From Eledone cirrhosa (lineage: Eukaryota): a stretch of 64,000 bases of DNA. The DNA is taken from NCBI GenBank assembly GCA_964016885.1, contig OZ024742.1, positions 177,010,001 through 177,074,000 of the forward strand, given 5' to 3'. The notes beneath the pieces are model-generated. The model was not told the origin of the DNA. It ran no database searches and saw only the letters and a list, made by a program, of their open reading frames with translations. Below are positions 39,909-54,606 of the stretch, piece after piece; position 1 is the stretch's first letter, and every line of letters starts with the position of its first letter. Position numbers and translations under genes: made by a program.

Positions 39909-40198
39909 ATAAAACATTAAAAAAATAATGAATAAAACAATGAAACAGTTCCTTATATTAAACAAAACAAGTTCATTATTTAACGATCGTTTCAAGGACA
40001 TATATGTGTTAGAATTGGCATGAATATTCAAAAGATCTATGTACAAAATTATACAACATTTTGTATAATTTTGTACATAGATCTTTTGAATATGCATGCC
40101 AATTCTAACACATATATGTCCTAGAAACGATTGTTAAATAATGAACTTGTTTTGTTTAATATAAGGAACTGTTTCATTGTTTTATTCATTATTTTTTT

Positions 40199-40208
<10 letters not shown>
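39909..40208. repeat. Near-perfect ~300 bp palindrome (~145 bp arms, small loop)
   Basis: ataaaacattaaaaaaataatg...tgtacaaaattatacaa pairs with ttgtataattttgtaca...cattatttttttaatgttttat. Confidence 0.95.
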
Positions 40209-40252
<44 letters not shown>

Positions 40253-40261
40253 CTGTGTATC

Positions 40262-40950
40262 AGTTACTGCATATTCCGGAAAATATATATATTCACTAGC
40301 TCTGACAGTTGGCAGGTAAACAGTATACGGCACTGGTGTTGCCGTTCTGTTTGAATTCCACCACAAGAGCTAGAATGACCGGGCCATTCTACTTACATGG
40401 CCTGAAAAGGCTTTTTGCATAATTGCAAACGAATCGAATATTATCCTTAATATTCGAAATAATCAGATTTACATTTCCTGTATTCAGCAAAAGGGGAGCG
40501 ATAACTAGGTGTTAGTTATCTAAATATGGCAAAGCTGGCCATTAATCACTCGTATACAGAAACTAACTGACTGGCCAACCTGCTGATATGCAAATCTGGC
40601 TGATCAGTGGGTTTGCTAACATGCAGATGTGTCTGATCAGGCAGTCTGCTAATATGCTAATCAGGCTGATCAGTCACTGTATATTCCAGAAAATGTCACA
40701 TATTTTCACTAGCCCTGACAGTTGGAAGTCGAACAATATACGGTATTGATGAAGGGTAATCACCCAGAAACATTAGTGTTGCCGGTCTGTTTGTATGCCA
40801 ACACAAGAGCAAGAATGAGGAGGCATTCTACTGACATGGCTTAAAGAGGCTGTTTGAATAATTGGAAACGAATTGAACATTATTCTTGTGCCTAAAGTAG
40901 AAACAATTATTAATATTCGAAATACTCAGATTTACATTTCTTGTATTCAG
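40262..40950. repeat. Diverged tandem duplication (~410 bp period) with three 33-bp subrepeats carrying an octamer-like motif
   Basis: atattcc.gaaaat...ttcactagc.ctgacagttgg occurs at ~40270 and ~40681. Subrepeats of ctgctgatatgcaaatctggctgatcag type lie at 40580-40675. Confidence 0.75.
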
Positions 40951-41059
40951 CCATGTGGAACAATAAATCTATGTTATATATACATAAAATTGTTTTGACC
41001 ACAAGAATTTTTGCAAACACCAAATAGCGCTGGAGCCACTTTTTTAACATAAAAACAGT

Positions 41060-41398
41060 CTTGGCGCAAAATCAATTTTTTACATTCACATGACCTCTAC
41101 CGACCAATCAAAATTGTTTTGACCACAAGAATTTTTGCAACACCAAAGTAACGCTGGAGCCACTTTTTTAACATAAAAACAGGTAGAATTCCCAAAACTA
41201 ATCAGATCAGAGCAAACAACACGGACACTCTATCTCAAAATTATTTTTGAAAAGCATTTAGAAATGCGCAACCGGTAAAAACTTAAAAACTTAAAACCAC
41301 AACTGAATACTAACCCATACAATCACTAATATTCTTTTATTCCTAATTAAACCATTTTTCAACTGTGAACAATTTGTCAGCATTTTCTATTCCGTTTA

Positions 41399-41402
<4 letters not shown>
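41060..41402. repeat. Copy of the 6258-6580 repeat, with a local partial duplication at 40985-41058
   Basis: Direct sequence identity. Confidence 0.85.
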
Positions 41403-41441
<39 letters not shown>

Positions 41442-41778
41442 ATATAAACGTTTGCAGTTAGAAGGCCAAGTCAATGCAGGTATGAATATAGAATATAAAT
41501 GCAAATGCAAACGATATTGTTGACAATTATTGTTTTACCTTAAATTTATTTAGATATCCTTAATTTACGAGATAATATCTCTTCTTTGGAGGGAAGAAAA
41601 GGGGTTAATCCAGTGTTCTAATTAGCTTGCCAAGTCATGCTGACAGGAAATGGTATAGAGATTCCATTCTATCTCTAATGTCAAAGAGTGAAGGTTAGGT
41701 GGATAAAGTTTAGTCTCCCTTTAAAAGGGCTTTTGTACATGTATGTTTAAGTGTGTGGGAGAATATGTGAAAGCGTAA

Positions 41779-41826
<48 letters not shown>

Positions 41827-42099
41827 GTGTGTGTGTGTGTGTGAGAAGATATGTCTATACGTAAATGTGGGGGCTAGATGCTCTATCATGTTAACACTGG
41901 TCTTTGTGTGTGTATGTGTGTGTGTGTGATTTAAGGAACCACTGATTATAGACAAAACACAACCACCAATAAATAATAAATTAGAACTCAACAACCAATT
42001 GTTAACATGATAGAGCACCTAGCCCCACACTTGCATCCCACTCGCACACGCACACGCACGCACACACACACACACACGCGCGCTTACACCACCATCTAT

Positions 42100-45000
42100 T
42101 CTCTCTCACACACACACATAAACACACAAAGACCAGTTTTAACATGATAGAGCATCTAGCCCACACATTTACATATAGACATATCTGGAATATTTTACAT
42201 ATTCTTACTGTTCCATTAATGGATTGTACTTGTAGTTTCCTAACTAGTTGTGTTCTTTCTGTTCCTGTGAAGCGTAGCTTCTCAAGATTTGTATTGAGGC
42301 AATTACTAACATACCCCAGAGCCCCAATAATCACAGGCATAAATCTGAAGGTGTAATCAGGGTGGAGTATCTGCTGATTTCTCATCAGTTCTGCATAAAT
42401 ATTCTCCTTTTAACTAATCTTTGATATTATATTGGTATCTGCTGGGCAGATAATTTCCACTACTGTGCATGTTTTCTTCTCCCTCTCCCATATCATAATA
42501 TCTGGTCTGTTATGCTTGTATTTTATTGGGGTTTTTACTGGAACATTCCACCAGTACTCTTTAATATTATGTACATGGATGTCTTCCGCATTGCTGTAGC
42601 TTTTAATGTGTGTATTACCGGAGCTATCTTTTTTACGAACTGCATTGTACAGTGTTTTGGCCACTACATCATGCCTCATAGGTAGATAGTACCGCGATGA
42701 CATCTTTGGACAGCTGCTGATGACATGGGTGATATCCTCGATGTTAGTTCTGCAGAGTCTGCACTTGTTATCACATCTAGGTGTTTTGCCTGATAACGCT
42801 ATCTCTTATTTGAATCAGGTATTTCGTGTTAATCTCCTGTTCTTGGATTGCAAAAGCGTATCCTTCGAAGTGGGAGCCAATATAGCGGTTATTGGTCCAA
42901 TATAGACTACTTTCCTTATCTATATTACTCTCACTCTGGAGCTTCCTGGCAATATATCCATGCATGATTTTTTACTGATAAGCATGCAGTTTTTCATCCA
43001 TGGATTCACTCCGATACTGCCGAGCAACTTCCCTGGGTGTGAGTTTTTCATTATCATACAGGGAATATCTCTCGAGGAGTTCCTTCCCAACTCTCATGAT
43101 CTTATATGTTTCATGCAGATAGACTTGCTCGAGAAACGGTCTCCTACGCTTCGAAGCTCGTAGAATGTTGTCGGAGAGATATGTTGCGACATTCAAATGT
43201 TGTCTGGACTGATGTTAGGCCTCTGCCTCACAGCTTATGTTTTAAGTAAAGGCGGTCTATGTCACTGTTGATGTGGAAGTTTCCGGTGTTGTTTAGTATT
43301 TTTTGACTTCCAACATCAACTTCTCGGATTTCGTCTATCGTCCAATTGAGAATTCCAAACGTTGGTGTTAGGAGGGCACAGCAAACACATTGTGAGCCAC
43401 TGTTTTGTTTTGCGCAGAGAGTTCCGATGACCAAATCCATTCTTAATCGGGTGTAGTTTTCCCTGGTTACGCGTTCTTTATTACAGATACCATTATAGGA
43501 TATGTTCTCATCTATCCCCAGGTATCTGTAGCGGTCCTTATCAGATATCGGTGAAACAGTTAGGCCATTGATGATAATGTTGCTAGATTGGGTTGTTGTT
43601 TTTCCCCTTGGCCAAACTGCATTGCTATATGCTTTGAGAACGTTGTAACCAGGTCAATATTTTTCTTCATCCCAGCCATGTTCTTGGCATAGAGTTTCAG
43701 ATCGTCCACAAAGAAATTATGGGTTAGGTTCGTATTTCTGTCCTTCTGTGAGCCAATGATGTATCCCTCAGATTTCTTGAGCAGAAAGGACAAGGGGTTT
43801 AATGACAAGATGAATAATATCACAGAGAGACTGTCCCCCTGAAATATAACCCTGCAATATTTTATTTTATCAGTGAAAATAGAGTCCTCCCTCTCTGTCT
43901 TTAACCTTAGGATAGTAGCCCAGGAAGAAGACAGCCTCTCTATGGTTCTGACAGTAATGTCTGGGACTTTAGCAATTTGGAGGGCCTCTATCATCCACAA
44001 GTGGGGAACAGAATCGAAAGCTTTCCTGTAGTCCAACCAGACTGTAGCCATATTCCTCCTAAGTTGTCGCACCTCCGACATCGCAGATTTGTTGATTAGG
44101 AGTTGTTCAGCACATCCCTAAACCCCTTTTTTACCAGCTGCTTGTTCATTTGTGAAGATGTTATTATTTTCACAGTGATCTTGGAGGAATAGGTTCAGGC
44201 TGCATACATCTTATACATCAGGTCCTGGCATGCAATGGGTCGGTCGATATTTGCCATGTGGGTGTCTTTGTTCTTGGGAACCAGTAATGTTTGTGCTAAT
44301 GTCAACCATTCTGGTATAAGTATATCTCCCTTAAGAAATTGTTGGTAGAGGTCAGTAAGATACCTCCGATGGAATATCAGTTTTTTGTACCAGTAGCCGA
44401 CAATCATGTCTCTTCCTGGTGTTTTCTTATCTTGGAGTTTTTCTATCACAGTATCAAGGGTACCCTCACATATTTCGTATTTTTTTGTTGTAGTGTAGGA
44501 GCAATAGTTCTTTCGGGTTTCTCTTAGCCACACTGCATCTTGGTTGAAATTCTTCTTTTCACCCCATATTTTGCTCCAAAAGGAATCTACGTCTTTCTGG
44601 GATGGGGCCTCAGTGACACTTATTATTTTGTCCTTCATATCTCTGAATCTTTTATTAAGCACTATTCTTTCATCTACCTTCTTCAGGTATCGACGTTTTT
44701 CGGTAACAGCTCTCAATTCTTGTTCCAGGGTGATCAGCTTATATTGGAGAGTTCTGGTTCTACTGTTACCAAACATCGTCTCTATTTTATTTTTCACTCT
44801 TTGTTGGTGAGGAGTGAGTTTTTGTTTGTTTGTTTGCATGTAAGGAGTATTGTCACATATCCTATGTTTTTTCGTAGGTCAGCACTCTTTTTTTCTATTT
44901 TAGTTATATATGATGGTATTTTTGGTGGTGTTCTGTTCTTGTTAATATCTCTGCTGTCACCAAGATAATGCTTCACTGTCGTTGCTAGGGTATATAAACA

Positions 45001-46160
45001 GGCGTTGATTTTCCAAAATGTTGGGTTTTATCCGTTGTAAATATTCATCCCCTATTTCTTAAATAACACATAATATTTCATTATTTGCGGTGAATTGGCA
45101 GTATCGGTAGAGAGTTGGATTATGCTTTCCAGCATAGTTACGTCCCTTTACGATCTGAGTTCAATTCCCGCCGAGGTTAACTTTGCCTTTCATCCTTACG
45201 GGGTCGATAAAATAAAGTACCAGTAATGTACTGGGATAAGTGCTGGCCTTGTGCCAAAAAGTAGAAACAATTATTTGTCTTTTTATTAAATATTGTTGTT
45301 TTAATACGTTCAGCAAGAGAGATATTTATACATCAATTAATTTCTCTCTGGAAGATTTCGTTGAGGGAAAATTTCAATTGTTTAAACTTTTGATTGTTAT
45401 TATTGATAGTATTTTCCACAATAGTCGAGATAGACTCGGATGGTACACGTGGTGTCAAATTTCTTCGATTATTATTATTATCGATAGTGTTTTCCCCAGG
45501 ATGCGAGGTAGACTAGATGGTACAGGTGGTGTCAAGTTTCTTACAGGCATAGTTGTTTGAAGGCGCTGTTCGACCTGGCTGCTAGGAATTCTAGTAACAT
45601 GGCGACCTGTAGCACGTGTTGTTGATAACATGTTTGTTGTGGGGGACATACAATTAATAAATATTTATCTTATTTTTACGTTCAACAAACGTCGCTTGTT
45701 GGCGTAATTGTTTGGCTGTGAAATAATTTAGCTCTGGGTGTATTTTGAGCCAGTGTAACTTCATTCTGTTCACATAGCCAATGGAGGGATTGTTTTTTGC
45801 CACTTTATAACAATTAAATAAATCATTATTAAGTTCGCAGCTCCAAGAGAAATGCGATTTATAATTTCGGTTTCTTCTGTAGCTACAACTGAATGAAGTT
45901 TGTTTACCTTCCCTGTTATTTTTCTTCGGTACTACCTTAATTTTGTTGTTGATGTTGTGTTCAGCCATGCTGTTTGTAGCAAATCCTTGTAAAATGAATT
46001 ATGTATTTAGTCGGATATCTCTACGAATTCGAATAAAAGGTGTCTTCATAAGATATTGTTACAAGAATAACCAGTTATGGCATTACTTCCGGGGATAGTA
46101 TTCATCTTAAATTTAATAAATAGTCTCCCACGCCAAAATATGCGACTGATCCGGTTGACT
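42100..46160 (-). mobile_element. Near full-length R4/Dong-clade non-LTR retrotransposon (RT, CCHC, RLE), frameshifted
   Basis: N-terminal WSCELNNDLFNCY..GYVNRMKLHW; KTPGRDMIVGYWYK; RPIAC; VWLDYRKAFDSVPH; IFQGDSLS; FFVDDLKLY; CRLC..EDITHVISSC; MRHDVVA; NRPDIMIW..VVEI. Confidence 0.9.
45088..45277 (+). mobile_element. Family A SINE inserted into the R4-type ORF
   Basis: gcggtgaattggcagtatcgg head and B box gagttcaattcc. ATTATTTG on both sides may be a TSD. Confidence 0.9.
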
Positions 46161-46185
46161 GTATATGTATGTATGTATGTATATG

Positions 46186-46262
<77 letters not shown>

Positions 46263-46345
46263 GTTATTCCGGGTTGAATCGGAGGTAACCACAGTAAGTA
46301 AGGTACTCAATACATTGCAGAGTATAAAAGTTTTAATATAGATGA

Positions 46346-46394
46346 GATTCTACAGGACTAGAACTGTTTCATTCTTTAGCAATCATCAGGAATC
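46346..46394 (-). ncRNA. Type-I hammerhead ribozyme (minus arm of the palindrome)
   Basis: gattc CTGATGA ttgc-taaa-gaat GAAA cag-ttctagtc-ctg TA gaatc. Confidence 0.75.
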
Positions 46395-46400
46395 GCATAT

Positions 46401-46449
46401 GATTCCTGATGATTTCTAAAGAATGAAACAGTTCTAGTCCTGTAGAATC
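46401..46449 (+). ncRNA. Type-I hammerhead ribozyme (plus arm of the palindrome)
   Basis: gattc CTGATGA tttc-taaa-gaat GAAA cag-ttctagtc-ctg TA gaatc. Stem I is 5 bp, stem III is 4 bp, cleavage triplet GUA. Confidence 0.85.
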
Positions 46450-46494
46450 TCATCTATATTAAAACTATATATATATATATATATACGTATATAT

Positions 46495-46635
<141 letters not shown>

Positions 46636-48507
46636 TACATATATACCTACTCACACACACACAAACATATATATAGAGAGAGCAGCCATGTCTATATTAA
46701 ACAAGATGTTTACACTCTACTAATGTATTGAGTACCTTACTAACCGGCCTAACCTCCGATTGAACCCGAGCCTCATATATATATGTATGTGTGTGTGTGT
46801 GTGTGTGCTTTTTGTGTGTGTGTTTTTTTGTGAGTGTGTGTACGCGCGTGACTTGCACAAATCAAATTATATATATAGCGTGTATGTATGCGTGTGCATA
46901 TGTACAATTTCATGCATCCATGCCGAATTAAAAGCGATAATATAATGAATTTATACATATATTGGTGCACGTGTAAATCTAATCATTTTTATTTAATAAT
47001 TTCGTTTAGAACGAAGATGTAACAAGCAGTTGGGATACACGATGGAGATTATATCAATAGATTTTATTACGTGAGTACACAGTGTTAAGAAATGTTTAGA
47101 TAGTTCATTTTGCCATATTTAAATCACGGGTTCGATCCTACTGCGATGTCTCTTGGGCAAGAGTTATTGAGCCTAGCATGTGGTTGACCTATGCATTTGG
47201 CGTTAAATTCACTGGATGGAAAATGCATGTGAGCCCTTCGAGTTGATTGTGCCTTCTATAAAATGCCTAGCTGAGTCTTCCTGAGATTTACACTAAGGAT
47301 AGATGCGCGCATGTGTTTGTGATCGTATGTATTATTCAAGCTTCTTAGCATTAAATGGAAATAATGACGTGTACATCTAACGTTTGCTTTAGACATTTGT
47401 AAATGGGAAAATGAGGAATTTTTATAGAAATATGGAAACTTTGATTGAACTTGAAATCAGTTGTCCGAGAGAAAAGTGGTGAGTGAGCTTTTGTGACTAC
47501 CCTTTAGAATAAGGAATTTCAGTTATGAATGCTAAGTTGCGATATAAATGTGTTTATAGAAATAACTGTGGGAAATAGTATCACCGATGGATACGTTGTT
47601 GAACATTATGACATTAAATCATCTTTGTAGGGATATATTTAGTTATAAGTGGCACTGAGTAAAGCAATACCTTTAGGAAAGTAAATTGACAGATAAATGA
47701 ATCCTGAGTTGCAGTTACATGGGTTGAGGAAATGAACTCTATCTATAATAAAGCTTCTTCTCTGAAAGATTGCAACCCATGTAATTAGAAACATATGAAA
47801 CCAGCCATATAGTTGACAATTTCCGATTTATTGACGTGCAGGAAACACCGAACTCTTAAATGACCACATAAAAAGGCCCCATTAGAATTAGGTAACTATA
47901 AATCGTACAAATAATTACAAAAAAAAAATGCAGATATTCTATTGTTTGTGATGTAAGTAGTCACTTATAAATGTTTCCTTTACTTAAATATGATTCAATG
48001 ACTGTAGGTGAGACTGAGAAAAATAGAGAGCACGAGGGAGGTGGAGTATAGGGAAAGAGAACTGGAGAGATAAAGAGGAACAGATATAGGAAGAGAGTGA
48101 GAGAAATGCAGAAGTTTATATATTTGTTTGGGGGATAGCGATCAGCTGTGAAGCCCATGGTTTGATGATGATTGCCGCAACATGGTGTAGAAATATCTTG
48201 TCAGCTATATGTGATGGAAGAAGTAATCTGGGAGAAGATAACTTTGAAGACAAACTGTAAACAATGCTGAGCTGTTTACATTATTTTCCGTAATAAATGT
48301 GAAATCATGGAACGTTTTGATCCTACCTCATAAATGTCTATTTTATACGCCGTACTGACAAGATTTGGAAGAGAGTATTTACAATATGTATTGGATTATG
48401 TAGAAGCAAACTTGCAGATGCGCAATCGTTATTCCATTATATTTCAGTCAGTTGTTTTCACTTATATATATATATATAAAAGAAATTTATCTAAACGAAA
48501 CGATAAA

Positions 48508-48533
48508 GCAGCAGCAGCAGCAGCAGCACCAGC

Positions 48534-48587
<54 letters not shown>
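48508..48587. repeat. (GCA)n(GTA)n trinucleotide microsatellite
   Basis: Directly visible. Confidence 0.95.
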
Positions 48588-48588
<1 letters not shown>

Positions 48589-49455
48589 TATAAAAATAAG
48601 TAACATCCTCGTATATCTTCAAAGGCTACATCAAAATAAGAAGAAATACCATTATATCATAGGCAATCTTAAAGGCCTGCAGTAATGTAAAGCGTAATCT
48701 ATTTAGTTATGTATCACAAATGCTTACATAAAAATTGAAGTGAGTTATTAATATCTTATATAATCTGATGTTAAATCTTCAGTTTTCCGTTCAATAACCT
48801 AGATCGGTTCCAAAAGAAACATTTAGGAACTTGATAAGATTTCGTAAATTGAACAGCAGTAAAATGATTGTCATACAACAGCTTCCATCTTGTTTAAAGA
48901 ATACACACTGCTATAGCTATCAAGTTAAAAATTGCCAGACGCTAAATGTTGTCGCTAACTGGCTATGTTTTCTAATGATCATATTCACAATCACTTGAAC
49001 CTACACACATATGTTCATACAAGTACATATACACAGACACACAGAGACACATAGATATACATAATCAGATATTAAATAGCTATATTACTAATGTTGTTTT
49101 TGATTTTCTTTATATGTATGCACAGCATTGTCATCTGTATTCAAGTGTAAATAATAAAATTTGAAAAGAGAAACTCGATTTCTACATGATGAATCATGAA
49201 GTCAATTAAATCTAGGGGACAGTATATGCTTGCAACCATTTGAATAATCATAAATATGACTCGAGGTTCCTGTAGATTTTACGCAGAAACTTAGATATAT
49301 TTCAGGTAAAATAATTATTCCCCATTACGTGAGGCAGCAAGATTTTTGGGCTAGATTATGTGTGGACATGATTTAATCATACAGAACATATATTAAACTG
49401 AGAATCTATAGCTTATATATAAACAATATTGATCATTGATCTCTTATATATATTC

Positions 49456-49509
<54 letters not shown>

Positions 49510-49533
<24 letters not shown>

Positions 49534-51260
49534 AACGAGGTTTTGTATCAGGTAATTCAAGTAGAGATTATGAGTAATCTGTAGAGAGGACGATTCTAAC
49601 GTGCGGTGTTATTTGACTCGACGAGACGTTTACTTAGTGGTGGTGTAGGAGTGAAGAATAACGCGGATAAGCTATACAATAGAGTTTATTCCAGGTATTA
49701 ACAAATGTTTCCCTGACTCGGTGTGTCTAAAAATCGCTATCTGCGGTGCTGATTTGACATCCCATTTTAAGTACTATTATCACCAGCCAAATTATCAACA
49801 TTATCAACATCGTTCAGGAGTGGCGATACAACGTCATACATATGTGCACAGATAATGACATGAAAAATAACATGAAACATAACAAGATAAAAATGATAGT
49901 GAAATGAGAAATAGTAAGATCATGATATCAAAAAATAACATGAAAAATAGCAAGATGAAAGGTAAGATAGTAGGTTGAGGGTAGCAGTGGCAATAACGGA
50001 TGATTGACACCATATGTGAGGGAAAGAGAATTGAACGAGTGTGTCTATAAAGATAAAATTATTATTCACTGGCGTAGTGTACTTAGAATGCCAGCTTCTC
50101 TTGCGGCTGATCCGTTAGGAATTATTCTTCGTTGCATTCGATTGGTTAATAGTATAGCCTTTTATGTCTTTGATGGATCCGTCCGTTTATTGTGGTTGTT
50201 GGTGACAGAAAATGTATGTGCTTGTAAGATGAGTTACGGTGGATTTGCGATGCCATGTCGTTTAATAGTAATAGTGATAAGACAGATATTAGAGTGATTC
50301 AATGGTGCTAAGTTTTCAGACCTTATATGTCTAGGGAGTTATAATGTATATACAAATAGTAAGATTATTGGATCGAATCCTGCTTATTTTGTTTTGTAGT
50401 GTAAGAATTGCTGGCGACTTTATGCCTACAGTCCGTTCAATTTTGTTATTTAGTAGTTCGTTATTATAGTGTAGATTATGGAGTAATTCGATTACATAAT
50501 CTGCATTGGGACAGCCCGTGAATATAAGCCCTGGTATTCGATAATTTATACCAGTTTATTTCGTATTTTTCTCTGTTATGCGCGCGCTGCCAGATTTTAT
50601 TGGCTAGCGTCGTTGTGCTACTGTGCCTGCGGTTCTTAATGGAATTACTATGCACATGCACTCGATCTTTTAATTCATTTGCTGTAGAACCTATGTAATA
50701 CCACACCTGGTCGCCAGATTTTATAGTACACAGATATGCAATATTGAATTCAAGGGATTTCTTTTGTAGCAGGCACTTATCTGGTAGGTGGTAGTTACAC
50801 TTTGTTGCCTTCCTATATATATATTGGCTCTTCGTTATAGTCCGATGTGTGGCATGAGTTAGGCTGGGATGCTTGTCTGTTTATGTTTTGTTGCTGTGTC
50901 ATATATTGTCGATCGGCTAGTACTGATGCCGTTATATTGTTGCGTTTGATATGATATGTTGTGTTGGTGTGTGGACTAATATTTTTAGAGATTATTTTAG
51001 AGTTGAGTTTTTTATGTGCGATTCAATATTTGCTGCAGTAGAAAATGATAGTTTAATAGTTTTTCTATTGAAGATTTGGTGGTATGTATGTGCTTTTGTG
51101 AAGTGCTTATCTATTAAATTAAAGAAGATATAGGGTAGGTTGGTGCTTATGGAATAGTTGAATATTGGATTAAATCACAAAATATGTTTTATATCTAGAT
51201 TTCTTTGAGTTTTTGGAGGTTCCCATGCTCCTATTTTGTTCGGCTATTCCTTTATATGCT
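49510..51260 (-). mobile_element. Second Naiad-type PLE, 3' part (linker plus GIY-YIG at ~50400-51215)
   Basis: FNPIFNYSISTNLPYIFFNLIDKHF..HQIFNRKTIKLSFST; KCNYHLPDKC; YYIGSTANELKDRVHVH; TTLANKIW; INWYKL; CRLC. The 3' boundary is uncertain. Confidence 0.8.
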
Positions 51261-51487
51261 GTTTATGTTTATGTATTTCCTATTCGATAAGCTTCGTTCC
51301 ATAATCATAAATATAAATATAAATCATCATCATCATCATTCTTCGACTACTGTCGAGATGATGGATCTCACTCTCATGCCCCAGAACTCCCTGTCGCCCA
51401 TATAGTGCGGTTCCCTGAGGAACAGGAACCCTGGTGCAGTCAGTTGCGAAATCCATCATCTTTTCAAATACACATATATATATATAC

Positions 51488-52208
51488 ATTATGAAGAGAG
51501 AAGAAACATTTAGATATAATTAGTAATAAAATGTATCATACCTAAACTGCTCCTAAATTCCTCGACTACGTAGTTTCGTGGCATAAACAAAAACAATATA
51601 TCATAAAGATATAGAGTCCTTGCGAGGTCTGCCGACTTATCAAGAGGATACCTCATTTTACTAGTCTCAAGAACGCGTCTACACGACGTGAGAAAGAATC
51701 CCAAAAGGCGGAGGGGGAGATAGTCACGCGATATAACGGTCGAGAAACAGAGCTAAGCCTCTTATAACCCCGAGGAAAATACCACGGAGGCGGAGGGGGT
51801 ATTTATATCGAGGCCGTAGAAGAGGTGGTGAAGAAGGCGAGAAGTATGAGTAATGGAAGCTTTCCAGCTGTCCCCACACTTCAAAGATTGCTCGACCAGA
51901 GGGAGTTATTAACAATATATTTAGAAACACACACATACATGCGGACACACACATATATACATGAATGCATCCGCACCCAACTGTGAGTTAAGTATGATAC
52001 ATTTTATTACTAATTATATCTAAATGTTTCTTCTCTCTTCATAACGTATTTTTAACTTTGATACTGGTTCAGTCTAGTTCAACTGAATTGGTCTGTCCCA
52101 GTCATTCATTGAGCAACATCGGTGAAGTTGGCACCCTTAACTCACAGTTGGGTGCGGATGCATTCATGTATATATGTGTGTGTCCGCATGTATCTGTGTG
52201 TTTCTAAA
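51488..52208. repeat. Interlocking inverted repeats A-B-A'-B'
   Basis: A 51488-51541 pairs with A' 51992-52043; B 51920-51992 pairs with B' 52136-52208. Confidence 0.85.
51559..51648 (-). ncRNA. Degenerate hammerhead with a long stem II
   Basis: tcctc TTGATAA gt(c)ggca...tgccac GAAA ctacgtag TC gagga. Two core transitions. Confidence 0.65.
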
Positions 52209-52589
52209 CATATATATATATATATATATGTGTGTGTGTTTATGTATGTATAACCACTGAGAAAGATGACTGCATGTGGGTAGGATAGTTGAGATATCCT
52301 GATCGATGTACCAGTTAATTTCTGCGATTCCGATCTATCAGCTGTGGTCCGAATGGAAATTAGGTAACATTAGGTTAGATGGCGGAAAGCACGTCATCGG
52401 CAGAAGTTCGCCTCCTTATAAAGGAAAGTTCCATATGGCGTGATGGTACATCATGTTGCTGGACACAAGTAAATGTATTAGTAGTCCTCAAGTTTTAGTG
52501 ACGCGTGACGTCACACCAAAGAGAATATAAGCCAAGCCTGAGCATTTACAGTGAACACATATTTGTGTTGAATTTCGTATGACTAGATA

Positions 52590-53256
<667 letters not shown>

Positions 53257-54422
53257 ACACACCGTATAATCTTTAGATGGGATCCGTATTAGGTCCAACT
53301 GCGTAGCATCTTGATTAAATGCCATTTACCATTGCTTCGGGTTGGGCTACGCCTTGTGAGTGAAACTGCGTAGAAAGAAACTCGTGGTAAGATTGTCGTA
53401 TACACTGCACCTGTAATTCAAAGGGTCAGCAATTTCTAACACCTTGTCTCTTCGACAATCAGGTAAAGGATACACGCCTCTTCAGAGTGAACAACCTTTT
53501 CGACCTTAATTTCATCAACTAGCTACTCCATTAAAGAAACAAATGAAACACTCATCGTCGAAACGACCGAGGCTCAGTGTTCGTTCATGATCATCTTGGA
53601 GTGAATGTAGGCGTGGAAACACCAGTGAAGATCAATGCTTTCCGGGTATTGTAGATGGTATTCTTATCTGAACAAATGGAAGCCATATTCAAGTGAACTA
53701 AATTACTACATGGGATTTTATAGAATTTGTTAGTATCATTCTTAAACCTATTTTTATACAAACACACATAGACGCACACAAACGCTCACACACACACACA
53801 CGCACACACACATACACAGATTCATATATTGGGACGTCAAGTATGAAATTTGTACAAATTTGTTTTTTCCACAAATTTCTACAAATTTTATACTTGACCC
53901 AATATATACATATATATATGTGTGTATGTGTCTTGCTGTTTTTGTATGTATGTATTGTGCGTTTTTGTTTGTGTTTGTGTATTTATGTATGTTTAACAGT
54001 TAAAATAGCGCCCACGACACTTGAAGACGGGTTCCTACTTCTTCAACATACCCAATCTCTGCATTTCATTGTTCATCGGGTACTATCATGATTCGAGATC
54101 TCCGCACCTCAGATAAGGCACACACATAGACACACATACGCACACACACTTTCACACACACACAGAAACACACGTACAAAGACATTACCAGCTGTTTCAG
54201 CATTAATGAATACCTATAATATAAGGTTTATACTTCATTTCACCTGCTAACAAATGTCATAAAGACTCATCTTCAACTGCGAAACCGACGGTTGTCATTC
54301 GATCGATATATACAATTAAAATCGCAATATTTTTTTCTAGAGATATGATTTAAATCTAACATTTAAATTATTCAGTGGAATATTTCTGTGTTTACACTAG
54401 ACATAGAATTAGTGTATATACA

Positions 54423-54487
<65 letters not shown>

Positions 54488-54535
54488 CGTGTGTGTGTGT
54501 GTGTGTTCGTGTGTGTGTGTGTGTGTTCGTGTGTG

Positions 54536-54606
<71 letters not shown>

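Noticed and set aside
51357-51461. Type-III hammerhead (gatgatggaTC...CTGAGGA...GAAAtccatcatc)
   Set aside because: Stems I and II do not form; a short inverted repeat explains the pairing.
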